This document shows, piece after piece, positions 18,573 through 27,506 of a stretch of 32,000 nucleotides of DNA (the stretch's first letter is position 1; every line of letters starts with the position of its first letter). Origin of the DNA: Candidatus Jordarchaeales archaeon (GTDB taxonomy: Archaea > Asgardarchaeota > Jordiarchaeia > Jordiarchaeales > Freyrarchaeaceae); assembly GCA_038858525.1 (NCBI GenBank), contig JAWCFL010000001.1, positions 170,120-202,119 of the forward strand, read 5' to 3'. The notes under the pieces are model-generated. The model was not told the DNA's origin and did not search any database. It saw nothing but the letters and a program-made list of their open reading frames with translations. Position numbers and translations under genes: made by a program.

Positions 18573-18758
18573 TCACCTAACTTTCAACGCGTACCTACCC
18601 TTCTTCTTGATGTTCAGCTTCTTAGCTATCTGTGACCCTTCAGGGTCAAAAACGACTAGTAGTCCCCCATAATCATCAGATAGGGAGGACGTTTTGCACT
18701 CAGGGCACATCTGGTCTCTAACTAGAAGTTTACAGGTACGGCAGGCCCGCTCCCTCAA
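18573..18758 (-). CDS. spt4: Transcription elongation factor Spt4 (RpoE'')
   Basis: RACRTC...CPEC zinc ribbon, DPEGSQIAKKL and GRYALKVR motifs. Confidence 0.95.
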   Translation of the reverse strand: MRERACRTCKLLVRDQMCPECKTSSLSDDYGGLLVVFDPEGSQIAKKLNIKKKGRYALKVR

Positions 18759-19339
18759 GTTCCCTTAACCTCCTCATCACTTCTCTTTCCACCACTTTTT
18801 TCAGCTTCCTCTTTTATCCACTCTAGCTTTCCCAAGAATGGTTGACGCATAGTTAACCCTATCCGTCCCCCTCTAGCCCCCCCGGTCATAGAGACAGAGA
18901 CAACTCTCGCCCTCACAACATCGTTCTGCATTAGGCGCTTCCCTGTCTCCTTCCCCGTCAATATCCCAGCTTTGCCGTCGTAATCGATGAAGTCATCCAT
19001 GAGCTGAGAAATGTGGATGAGCCCCTCAATAGGCCCGAGACGCACGAAGACGCCGAAGTCAACGATCGCCGTCACAACACCCTCAACAACCTCGTTCTGC
19101 TCAGGCTTAAAGGTGAGAACATGGAAGGTCGCCTCATGGAATGCTCCTCCATCACCCGGAATAAGCCTCCCGACACCAACATCCTCCACGCCGACAACGC
19201 AAAGCACAATCCCCAGCTCAGGATCCATAACTTTCTCATACTCCTGCCTAAGCATTTCGAGAGCAACCTTCTCGACAGGCTCCCCAAACCTGTCAGGAGG
19301 AATCCTGAGCACATCCTTAAGTGTGACAAGTTTATACAC
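18755..19339 (-). CDS. rpoE: RNA polymerase subunit Rpo7 (E')
   Basis: LRIPPDRFG, GDGGAFH, FGVFVRLGPIEGLIHISQ and RIGLTMRQPFLGKLEWI motifs. Confidence 0.96.
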   Translation of the reverse strand: MYKLVTLKDVLRIPPDRFGEPVEKVALEMLRQEYEKVMDPELGIVLCVVGVEDVGVGRLIPGDGGAFHEATFHVLTFKPEQNEVVEGVVTAIVDFGVFVRLGPIEGLIHISQLMDDFIDYDGKAGILTGKETGKRLMQNDVVRARVVSVSMTGGARGGRIGLTMRQPFLGKLEWIKEEAEKSGGKRSDEEVKGT

Positions 19340-19439
19340 GCAACGACACCTCCAAGGAAACCAGCAGACTCAACAAGCGCAGCACCAAACCAAAACGCAA
19401 GAAAACACTTGGTCAGCCTCACGACTAACATTCATCACC

Positions 19440-19853
19440 TTATAAAATTTCCCCATCAAGAAACAAACGTCTTCCCTGCCTTAGAAAGACCACAGGCACA
19501 CCAACCCGCCTGAGACGCCTACGAAGCTTGGCGTCATTAGTCGCCACAACACAACCCTCCCTCTTAGCATAATCGAAGACCGCGTCATCTACGCCCCCAC
19601 CCTCCACCCCCGATGGGCAAACCCTAAACCCTCTTACCTCAACGAGAGACAAGGCAGCCCTTGCCAGTTTCCCTCTCCTCCCACCCTTCTCAGCCAGCTT
19701 CATCAACTCATCAATAACCCGATCCAAAACAATAACCTCATAGCGCCCACCAATAACCCGACCAAGCTCTGAGAAGACATCCCATCCCAACAGAAACGGA
19801 GCAATCAAAAAGTTACTGTCAACTAAAACCCTAACATATGATCCCCCACCCAA
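19440..19853 (-). CDS. PIN-domain protein (Fcf1/Utp24-like)
   Basis: LVDSNFL, VIDEL, DD and VATND acidic PIN motifs; canonical position downstream of eif2g. Confidence 0.9.
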   Translation of the reverse strand: MGGGSYVRVLVDSNFLIAPFLLGWDVFSELGRVIGGRYEVIVLDRVIDELMKLAEKGGRRGKLARAALSLVEVRGFRVCPSGVEGGGVDDAVFDYAKREGCVVATNDAKLRRRLRRVGVPVVFLRQGRRLFLDGEIL

Positions 19854-21121
19854 TAAGCCTCCACCTTCCCGAAACCATCCTGCTCACAGCCACCCTCTGA
19901 CCATCCTCAGCACACACAGGACGCCGCAGCGCCACTTCAACCTCCCCACTCCTAATCGACGATACAACGCCCACTGTCACCGCCGACCCAACATTCAGCA
20001 TTAAAGCCTCATTAACACGCACATTCTCCACCCTGGAAAGCTCCTCGCTTCCCACAACCCTATCCATCAGGTGAAGCTCAATACACAAATCCTCACGCAC
20101 GGGAGGAAGGGTCCCGGGAGAACCTACAACGTTCCCAATCAAACCATCAGCCTTCGTCAAAGAGGGGTCCAGCCGCGTACCAACACCAATCAACCCACCT
20201 GGCAAAGCTTCCTCAAGCCACACGTCACCAGCATGCAAACTTACAACGTCAGCATAAATAGGCTCAAACTTACCTTTAACAGCAACTCCCGGACGAATTT
20301 CAACCTCATCCCCAACCCTAACTCTACCTTGAATAATGGTTCCACCAATAACGCCCCCAACAAGATCCTCAGGCCTAGTTCCCGGCTTATTCACATCAAA
20401 TGACCTCGCCACATACATCCTCAAAGGCTTACCCGGGTCTCTAACCGGATTAGGAATATGCTCTTCCATGAACTGCAACAAAGCATCCAAATTAACACCA
20501 AAAACAGCCGAAACAGGAACAATAGGAGCATCCTCAGCAAAACTACCACCAATAAACCTCTTAATCTGTCTAAAGTTTTCTAATGCCTTCTCCCTAGAAA
20601 CAAGCTCAACCTTATTCTGAACAATAACAACATTCCTCACACCAATAATCTCCAAAGCCGCAAAGTGCTCTCTAGTCTGCGGCTGAGGGCAAAACTCATT
20701 AGCAGCAACAACAAAAACACAACCATCCATCAAAGACGCACCACTAATCATGGTCGCCATTAACCGCTCATGACCAGGACTATCCACAAAGCTGACCTTC
20801 CTCACAAACTCAGCTTCACTCCCACACTTAGGGCACTTCCACCCCCCAGCCATAGCCAAAGTAAAGTAGCAGTCAGGAGGCGGGCAAGATGGACACTTCA
20901 AAATAATAGCATCAGCATAACCCAACTTAATCGTAATACCACGACGCTTCTCCTCACTATGACGATCAGTCCACACACCAGCCAAAGCCTGCACAAGCGT
21001 GGTTCTTGGCCCGCGAGAGAGACACTCCCAACGGATTGCCATGATCCACGTCTCTAGCACCAGCTGATCAACAGCTGGCGAGTCCAGCTGTTCCCACAGA
21101 AACTAAAGCCTGCGTACTCAT
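19831..21121 (-). CDS. eif2g: Translation initiation factor 2 gamma subunit (aIF2-gamma), complement(join(19831..21004,21036..21051,21082..21121)), 409 aa after splicing
   Basis: The ORF-track protein lacks the P-loop. Removing two inserts gives [61 protein letters not shown], NKVE and RWRLIGWG motifs are downstream. Confidence 0.94.
21005..21035 (-). other. BHB intron 2 in eif2g, 31 nt
   Basis: Central helix UGGC/GCCA (4 Watson-Crick pairs); bulges AA^U and AG^A; intron stem CCGU-U-GGGAG/CUCUC-GCGG. Splicing restores the P-loop Lys codon (AA+A). Confidence 0.92.
21052..21081 (-). other. BHB intron 1 in eif2g, 30 nt
   Basis: Central helix CUGG/CUAG; bulges AC^U and AG^A; 9-bp stem CGCCAGCUG/CAGCUGGUG with a UUGAU loop; in-frame TGA at 21070-21068. 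Splicing restores the His codon (C+AC). Confidence 0.92.
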
Positions 21122-21190
21122 GGCCTTCTTATAAGCTTCGTCCAAACAAGAACCCCCAAGAGCTTTTAGGAAAGTCTTCACGAAAGCGTT

Positions 21191-21205
21191 ATTTAAAAGT
21201 TTCCA
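21191..21205 (-). promoter_or_regulatory. Putative BRE-TATA promoter of eif2g
   Basis: Minus strand TGGAAAC-TTTTAAAT about 70 nt upstream of the inferred ATG at 21121. Confidence 0.45.
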
Positions 21206-22271
21206 GCGAAAGGATGAGGAAGGGTAGATGGTGGCGATACGAACAGTCAGAGCGGCGGGTGTTTGTTTATGTGTTTTGGCGGAGGCGGGATGTCGGGGGT
21301 TCTAAAAAATATGTCTATTTGTGTGATGAGAAACTTGGGGATGAGGAGCTTGCTGATTAGGGGTTTCGTTACCGGGAGGAGAGAGTTATTGTGATGAGCT
21401 AGGTCTTTACGACGGGGCCACCCAGCGTTTACCCGTAAACCTTCTGGGAGCTGGGAAGCTTGGTTGGAGCTTCTCAGTTTGCGTTCCGCTTCTTGGATGC
21501 AAGGGAGCGTCGATGAATGTGGTGTTAATTCTATAAGCTTGCCCCCCCTCTTATGAGAGTTTACGTGTTAATTAACGTTGAGCTGGTGGAGAATCGATGA
21601 GGGGGGGCTGTGAGTTAGGAGCCTGAGATGAAAGAGATTGGCGGGGAGCCAGGTTTCAGAGGTAGGCACATCTCGAGTACGGAAAGGTGGAAAACAAAGC
21701 CTGGCGAAATGGTTGATGGCCCATAAAGACGAGGTGAGATTCAAGGGGCTGCCTGGAGCTGTGAGGAGCAAGGTGAAAAACACGGCAAAATTTGACCGAC
21801 AAGCTCACGCATAAGTAACTCATAAATGCCATAGCCCAACTTATTATTACTCAACAAGAAAAATAAGCTGACGCTTAAGACAAACAACAGCTCACACACC
21901 AAAACTAGCCAGGCTTCAATCAATAACAATAATACGCCAAACCCAGCCAGTAACAAGAGAGCTACCATCCATCACGCAACAAAACCACAAGGATGCCCAC
22001 ACCAGGACCAGTAAGCCTATACACCAAAACAATCCACGAACCCACACAACCAGAAAACTAACCAAAACCACACAAAAATACCGAAAATACCGAAAAAAGC
22101 TCCAAACACCACCACCCACCCATAAACAACCTGACCATCTAATAATAATTACTCAACCACAACACCGAAAAACACAAAAACAAAAAACGACAAGTTCACA
22201 GAAGAGTCGAAAAAAATAAAAAACCAGACAAGTAGACAATCCTAGTAAACATCTAATAGGAGGGTTTTAAG

Positions 22272-23573
22272 TTGAGCGAAAAGAAGCCACACCTAAATAT
22301 TGTAGTTATTGGGCATGTTGACCATGGGAAGTCGACTATGATGGGGCATTTGTTGTATTTGACTAAGGCGATTGATGAACGTACGATTAAGCAGTATGAG
22401 GAAGAGGCGGAGAAAATTGGTAAGGGTAGTTTTAAGTTTGCGTGGGTTATGGATAAGTTGAAGGAGGAGAGGGAGCGTGGTTTAACTATTGATCTTTCGT
22501 TTTGGAAGTTTGAGACGGAGAAGTATTACTTTACAATTATTGATGCTCCGGGGCATAAAGACTTTATTAAGAACATGATTACGGGTACTAGTCAGGCGGA
22601 TGCGGCGGTGCTGGTGGTTTCTGCTAGGAAGGGGGAGTTTGAGGCAGGTATTGGTCCGGGTGGTCAGACGAGGGAGCATGCATACTTGGCGTTTACGTTG
22701 GGTGTTAATCAGTTGGTTGTCGCTATTAATAAGATGGATGATGCTAGTGTTGGCTGGAGTAAGAATAGGTATGATGAGGTGAGGAAGGAAGTCGAGGGGT
22801 TGTTGAGGCAGGTTGGTTATAAAGTTGAGGAGATTCCGTTTGTTCCTGTATCTGCTTGGTTTGGTGATAATCTTATTGAGCGGAGCGGAAAGATGCCGTG
22901 GTATAGTGGGCCGACGCTTGTTGAAGCGTTGAATAGTTTGAAGGTGCCACCTAAGCCTGTGGATAAGCCGTTAAGGATTCCGGTGCAGGATGTTTACAGT
23001 ATTACTGGTGTTGGGACAGTGCCGGTTGGCAGGGTTGAGACTGGGGTGTTAAAGGTTGGGGATACTGTGGTTTTCCAGCCTGCTAACGTGAAGGGTGAGG
23101 TGAAGTCGATCGAGATGCATCATGAGCCGCTTAGCGAGGCGGTTCCAGGGGATAATATCGGGTTTAACGTGCGTGGGATTTCGAAGAAGGATATTAAGCG
23201 TGGGGATGTTGCTGGTCATCCAGATAAGCCGCCTACTGTGGCTGAGCGGTTTGTGGGACAGATAATCGTTATTCAGCATCCTACGGCGATTGCTGCGGGT
23301 TACACGCCAGTGATTCATGCTCACACGGCTCAGGTGGCGTGTAGGTTTGCTAGGCTTGTTGCTAAGCTGGATAGGCGGACTGGTCAGGTGGTGGAGGAGA
23401 ACCCGAGCTACATTAAGCGTGGTGACGTTGCGCTGGTGGAGTTTGAGCCTGTGAGGCCTATGGTGGTGGAGCCCTTCAAGGAGATTCCGCAGTTAGGGCG
23501 TTTTGCTGTGCGTGACAGTGATTACACTGTTGCGGTTGGTGTTGTTAGGGAGGTTAAGCCGCGCGCCGGCTAA
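22272..23573 (+). CDS. tuf: Elongation factor 1-alpha (aEF1A)
   Basis: [37 protein letters not shown] and [10 protein letters not shown] motifs; TTG start after GGAGGG. Confidence 0.98.
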   Translation: MSEKKPHLNIVVIGHVDHGKSTMMGHLLYLTKAIDERTIKQYEEEAEKIGKGSFKFAWVMDKLKEERERGLTIDLSFWKFETEKYYFTIIDAPGHKDFIKNMITGTSQADAAVLVVSARKGEFEAGIGPGGQTREHAYLAFTLGVNQLVVAINKMDDASVGWSKNRYDEVRKEVEGLLRQVGYKVEEIPFVPVSAWFGDNLIERSGKMPWYSGPTLVEALNSLKVPPKPVDKPLRIPVQDVYSITGVGTVPVGRVETGVLKVGDTVVFQPANVKGEVKSIEMHHEPLSEAVPGDNIGFNVRGISKKDIKRGDVAGHPDKPPTVAERFVGQIIVIQHPTAIAAGYTPVIHAHTAQVACRFARLVAKLDRRTGQVVEENPSYIKRGDVALVEFEPVRPMVVEPFKEIPQLGRFAVRDSDYTVAVGVVREVKPRAG

Positions 23574-23636
23574 ACCTTCTTTGCTTTTTCTTTTTTGGTT
23601 GTGGTGTTTATCGTTGTGCGGGGTGTGTTCTGTTTT

Positions 23637-23810
23637 ATGAAGTCGGTGTCTTTTAGGGTTCCTGAGGAGTATTTGAAGGGGCTTGGTGTTCTTGTTGAGC
23701 TTGGGGTCTTTAGGAGTCGGAGTGAGGCTGTTCGTGCTGCTGTGAGGGAGTTGCTACGGAGGGAGGGTGTTTTCGAGGATGAGGTGGCGGTGGTTGTTGA
23801 TGTTGATTGA
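23637..23810 (+). CDS. Ribbon-helix-helix (CopG/Arc/MetJ-like) DNA-binding protein
   Basis: MKSVSFRVPEEYLKGLGVLVELGVFRSRSEAVRAAVRELL fits the RHH pattern (SRSEAVR.AVR.LL). Confidence 0.8.
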   Translation: MKSVSFRVPEEYLKGLGVLVELGVFRSRSEAVRAAVRELLRREGVFEDEVAVVVDVD

Positions 23811-23855
23811 TGAAGGTGTGGTTTTCTCTTGGGTGGGGTTTAGGGAGGGGTTGGC

Positions 23856-24557
23856 TTGGGTAGGATTTGTGTTTCGTTGATGGCTGATACTGTGGAAGGA
23901 CTGATGGGCAAGGTTGAGAGGGCGTGTGAGGCGGGGGCGGACTTAGTTGAGTTGCGGTTGGATTACTTAAGGGAGAGGGATGTGGATGTTGCGGGGCTGG
24001 TTTCTGGTTTGGGTGTGCCTGTGATTTTGACTGTGAGGCGTAGGGAGGAGGGAGGGGTTTTCCCGCTGGGGGAAGAGGAGAGGGTGGGGCTGATTGAGAG
24101 GTGCATTGAGGCTGAGCCGGACATGGTGGACCTTGAGTTGTCGATGGGGGTTAGTGTTCTTCAGAAACTCATCTCCCTTTGTAGGGAGAGAGGGGTTTCG
24201 GTTATTCTTTCATATCACGACTTTAGTGGGACGCCTTCCTGGCAGGATCTTAGGGGGAGGGTGGCGGCCATGTTTAGGTTGGGTTGTAGTGTGGCTAAAG
24301 TTGTGACTGCGGCAGGGGCTATCAGTGATAATCTGCAACTTTTGGGGCTGGCGTCCCTGTACCCTCAGCGCGTGGTAGCTTTCTGTATGGGTAAGATAGG
24401 GGTTCTGTCTAGGGTTCTGTGCACGTTTTTTGGGTCGCCGTTCACGTATGCCTCGTTGGATGCGCCGCTTGCCCCGGGGCAAATAGACATTGCAACTATG
24501 AGGAAGGTGCATGAAAGCTTGGCTCGCATACTCGATGCGGTGGGGAACCATGTTTGA
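23856..24557 (+). CDS. aroD: Type I 3-dehydroquinate dehydratase
   Basis: ADLVELRLDYL, ILTVRRREEGG, VDLEL, SYHDF, AKVV, FCMG and APGQ motifs. Confidence 0.93.
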   Translation: MGRICVSLMADTVEGLMGKVERACEAGADLVELRLDYLRERDVDVAGLVSGLGVPVILTVRRREEGGVFPLGEEERVGLIERCIEAEPDMVDLELSMGVSVLQKLISLCRERGVSVILSYHDFSGTPSWQDLRGRVAAMFRLGCSVAKVVTAAGAISDNLQLLGLASLYPQRVVAFCMGKIGVLSRVLCTFFGSPFTYASLDAPLAPGQIDIATMRKVHESLARILDAVGNHV

Positions 24558-24733
24558 GGCGGGCTTCGCCGGCGGCTTCTGGCGTTCAGCGTTTATCCGG
24601 ATCAGTTTGAGGTTGGGTGTTTTTGAGGCGTGATAGTGGGGGGGGAAGCGGGGGTCCACGGGCTTCGTGATTGTGGTTGGAGCTTGGTCTTCTTTTCGTG
24701 TTTTTGTGTTTGATGGGTTGCTCAGCTGTGGAG

Positions 24734-24749
24734 CGATAAAAATATAAAT
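24734..24749 (+). promoter_or_regulatory. Putative BRE-TATA promoter of rpl10e
   Basis: CGATAAAA-ATATAAAT about 40 nt upstream of TTG 24789. Confidence 0.5.
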
Positions 24750-24788
24750 TATTGTGGTTTGGGTTGTTGTGAATTGGGGGTTTGTGGC

Positions 24789-25316
24789 TTGCCGAGGCGA
24801 CCATCTAGGTGCTATACGAGGATTGATGGGCCACCTTATACGCGGGTTGAGTATATTCATGGGAGCCCGCCTTCCAAGATTAGGATTTACGAAATGGGAA
24901 ATGCTAGTCGCAACTATACTTTGAGGGCTGACTTGGTTATCGATGAGGCTTGTCAAGTCACGGACGGCGCTCTCGAGGCTTTGAGGGTTGCGGCTAGCAG
25001 GCATCTCACGAATAGCTTTGGGCGTGACGGATTCTACCTCAAGATTAGGCCTAAGCCCTTCCACATTATTCGTGAGAGGAGGATGTTGGCGTTCGCCGGG
25101 GCAGACCGTTTACAGGACGGCATGAGGAAGGCTTTCGGCAAGCCTTCAGCGAGGGCGGCGCGCGTTAAGGAAGGAGAAGTTATTTGCAGCGTTTGGGTCG
25201 ACGATTCGCCAAAGGCTGTTGAAGCTGTTAAGAAGGCGCTTTACGTTGGGGCTAGGAAGCTTCCCCGTCCATCCCACATAGAGTTTACTAGAGGGGAGAG
25301 CCTAACCTTAAAGTGA
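24789..25316 (+). CDS. rpl10e: 50S ribosomal protein L10e (uL16)
   Basis: RRPSRCYT...PPYTR.EY, ALEALR, PFHIIRE..ML.FAGADRLQDGMRKAFGKP motifs. Start placed at TTG 24789. Confidence 0.96.
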   Translation: MPRRPSRCYTRIDGPPYTRVEYIHGSPPSKIRIYEMGNASRNYTLRADLVIDEACQVTDGALEALRVAASRHLTNSFGRDGFYLKIRPKPFHIIRERRMLAFAGADRLQDGMRKAFGKPSARAARVKEGEVICSVWVDDSPKAVEAVKKALYVGARKLPRPSHIEFTRGESLTLK

Positions 25317-25928
25317 TTGCGGATCTCCGGATAGGATCCGCCATTCCTCGTCTTTGTGAAGCTTGCTGAACTCTGGACCAGTGGCGCCCGCATACTTTGG
25401 TAGTGGCTTTTTAAGGTAGCTGCTTTCCCCTCCAGTTACCCTGTGAAGGACTAGCTGTGCTATTCTGGCGGCGGGGTAAAGGGCTATGTCTGCCTCTCCT
25501 AGGTTCACGAGTTCAAGTGTTAAAACGCCGGCGTAGCCCGGGCTGACAAGTGTTGCTGTGGCGATGATTAGGCCTAGGCGACCCCACGAGGAGCGCCCTA
25601 TCACGTACCCCATGAGGTCTTCGGGGAGCTTTATGTACTCTAGAGTGCTTCCAAGTATGAGCTGGTTTGGGCGCAGTATGAGCTTCTCGCGGAAGGGGAC
25701 ATGGATCTTTTCTTGGTACTGCGCTATTTCTGCTTCTATGTTTTGCTGCGCGGGGTCTAGAAGGGAATACTTTGTACGCTTCGTTATGATGAACTCTGTT
25801 CCAAGCCTAAGGTCGACTGACCCTGCGGAAACCTGGCTCTTCGAGATTAGAGGTGTTATTACTAGTTTCTCTTGAGTGTTGGACGTGAATAGTCTTCGCA
25901 GGATCTCCTCTTTTGAAAGGACGGTCAT
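25308..25928 (-). CDS. dcd: dCTP deaminase (trimeric dUTPase-fold Dcd)
   Basis: SVDLRLG, GRSSWGRLGL, PGYAGVLTLEL and RIAQL motifs. Confidence 0.93.
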   Translation of the reverse strand: MTVLSKEEILRRLFTSNTQEKLVITPLISKSQVSAGSVDLRLGTEFIITKRTKYSLLDPAQQNIEAEIAQYQEKIHVPFREKLILRPNQLILGSTLEYIKLPEDLMGYVIGRSSWGRLGLIIATATLVSPGYAGVLTLELVNLGEADIALYPAARIAQLVLHRVTGGESSYLKKPLPKYAGATGPEFSKLHKDEEWRILSGDPQSL

Positions 25929-27070
25929 ATTTCCGCCTCTAGCAAGCTTTTGTGTATTATGCTCAGTTCTATTGCTTTTTCTATTAGGGCGGCAAGCTTT
26001 TTCTTTGCTTGGTATTTCCCTTCAGGATCCTGAACTTTCAGGATGTTGCAGAAGGTAGGCATATAGCGCTGCTTAACTATCCAGCCGGCGTTTATTATTG
26101 AGGGTATCTCGGCGGGGCGCGTAGCCTTGTCTGGTAAAGTGACCTCGTTTGGGGGAAGTAGCTCTAGAAGTCTTGAGACAAGCTGAGGAACCTCGCACTC
26201 AAAAACTTCGGGAGGGTAGTAGGCGGCTGTTTTCCTAAAGGATTCTTCTATCTCGTGGAGGCGCTCTATGCCGGTAGATGAGCGCAGCTCTTCTAGAGGA
26301 GGCAAAGAGCCGCTCAGGAGCTCCTCTTCATAGTAACCTTCATCTGCGAGCAGGGCGGCTATGTTTCGTATGCGCTCTTTTACATCGGAAGCAAGTGACG
26401 CATCGAAATTTGTGAGTGTGAAGAGGTAGGCTGGGCCGACCATTAAAGAAGCTAAACGGTCTGCGGCGATTATTAGAAGCTTGTTCGAGGATCCCTCCCC
26501 GGTAAGGGTTTCTTCGAGAAGACGTTTTGATTCTATCATGTGGAGAGCTAACTCACGCGCTACGAGGCAGTGTGAAAGAGGGTCGTTCCTCAGGAAGTAA
26601 GGAAGGGTGAAGAAGAGAACTTCTTCTTTAAGCTCTCGGCTTTCCGGGGGGAGAAGGGGGGCGGCGAGTTTGAGGATGTCTGAGAGGCGAGAGTGAGAGG
26701 ACGTGTAAGATTGAAAGCAGATGATGGGGACCGCTTCTTCACCTGCTTTCCCGGTTAGGTATTCTGCCAGGTACACTGCTCCTAAAGAGGTGTAATGAAC
26801 GTTCGAACGCTCTATTTTTTCGATGAGGCCACAAATCGCTTGTAAAAGTTCATATCCCTTCTCGACTAAAGCTTTCGTGGAGGAAGAGGGCGGAAGAGAT
26901 TCTAGAGAAGAGCGCAGGTTCCAGACAAGTGAGAAGAGAGATTTAACAGCTCTCCTTTGAGTTGGCCTAGGAAAGACTCCCAGCTCGATCCGCCTCAAAA
27001 GTTCTTCCAAGTCGAGGAATTTCTCTACGAGAATCTCCGAGCTTTTTGTCTCCAACAAGGAACACCTCAC
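25925..27070 (-). CDS. Uncharacterised about 380-aa protein, translationally coupled to dcd
   Basis: Long ORF overlapping the dcd start (ATGA). It has segments resembling a degenerate zincin helix (ARELALH; AADRLASLMVGPAY) and a C-terminal IINAGW. Start may be TTG 27058. Confidence 0.75.
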   Translation of the reverse strand: MRCSLLETKSSEILVEKFLDLEELLRRIELGVFPRPTQRRAVKSLFSLVWNLRSSLESLPPSSSTKALVEKGYELLQAICGLIEKIERSNVHYTSLGAVYLAEYLTGKAGEEAVPIICFQSYTSSHSRLSDILKLAAPLLPPESRELKEEVLFFTLPYFLRNDPLSHCLVARELALHMIESKRLLEETLTGEGSSNKLLIIAADRLASLMVGPAYLFTLTNFDASLASDVKERIRNIAALLADEGYYEEELLSGSLPPLEELRSSTGIERLHEIEESFRKTAAYYPPEVFECEVPQLVSRLLELLPPNEVTLPDKATRPAEIPSIINAGWIVKQRYMPTFCNILKVQDPEGKYQAKKKLAALIEKAIELSIIHKSLLEAEI

Positions 27071-27374
27071 CAGTCATTTTGGTTGATCAGCCAAGTTCTA
27101 AAGGATTTCTCCCCTATAAACGGCAAATAAGGTGGGAGAGCGACAAACTACTCATAGATAGGTCATCACTCATAAGGAGAAACAAGTGAACCTGTGTCAG
27201 AGTTACTTTTAATGCTGCCATAGCCGGGGTTAAGTGTTAAAGACGTGGCTGAGGTTGGCCTTTAAGTTGAGTTTTTGATGTTGCTCTTGATGAGGCCTGC
27301 TCCCTTAAAGTTCAAGAGGGAGCGTGACAAATTTGATGAGGTGTAAATGTCGTTTTCTATACTTAGGAAAAATA

Positions 27375-27390
27375 GACAAAGTTTAAATAG
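27375..27390 (+). promoter_or_regulatory. Putative BRE-TATA promoter of the methyltransferase/ATP-grasp gene
   Basis: GACAAAG-TTTAAATAG, with a second CTTAAATA at about 27419-27426. Confidence 0.4.
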
Positions 27391-27506
27391 GAATGTGTTA
27401 GAATAGGGAAGATAAAGACTTAAATAAGTCTTGGTGAAAATACCCTGTTTGAAAAATGCGAGCTTTCTTTTTTTTAAAAAGAAAGGATGGGGAGAAATGG
27501 ATAACG

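Noticed and set aside
6819-21121. Reading cbf5, rpl44e, kae1 and eif2g as pseudogenes, sequencing errors or programmed frameshifts
   Set aside because: Each lesion is a discrete hairpin insert whose BHB cut sites restore the exact consensus. Random errors or slippery sites would not do this five times in essential genes.
21199-21230. TTCCAGCGAAAG as an ORB element, with the skew flip marking a replication origin
   Set aside because: It is a single imperfect match, with no repeated ORBs and no cdc6/orc1 gene in the window.
21214-21360. 48-aa ORF MRKGRWWRYEQ... as a transposase fragment
   Set aside because: No recognisable DDE motif or terminal repeats, and too short to support.
21741-22119. 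Hydrophobic minus-strand ORFs 21741-21968 and 21916-22119
   Set aside because: Their Val/Leu/Phe/Gly richness follows directly from the extreme G+T skew, and there is no family motif.
24210-25064. 284-aa minus-strand ORF and the other antisense ORFs in the track
   Set aside because: They overlap well-supported genes (aroD, rpl10e and others) on the opposite strand and are shadow ORFs favoured by the compositional bias.
27287-27360. Possible C/D-box sRNA: two TTGATGAGG copies (27287, 27333) around a GCTCCCT/AGGGAGC hairpin
   Set aside because: C-box-like motifs are present, but there is no proper CUGA D or D' box at the expected spacing.
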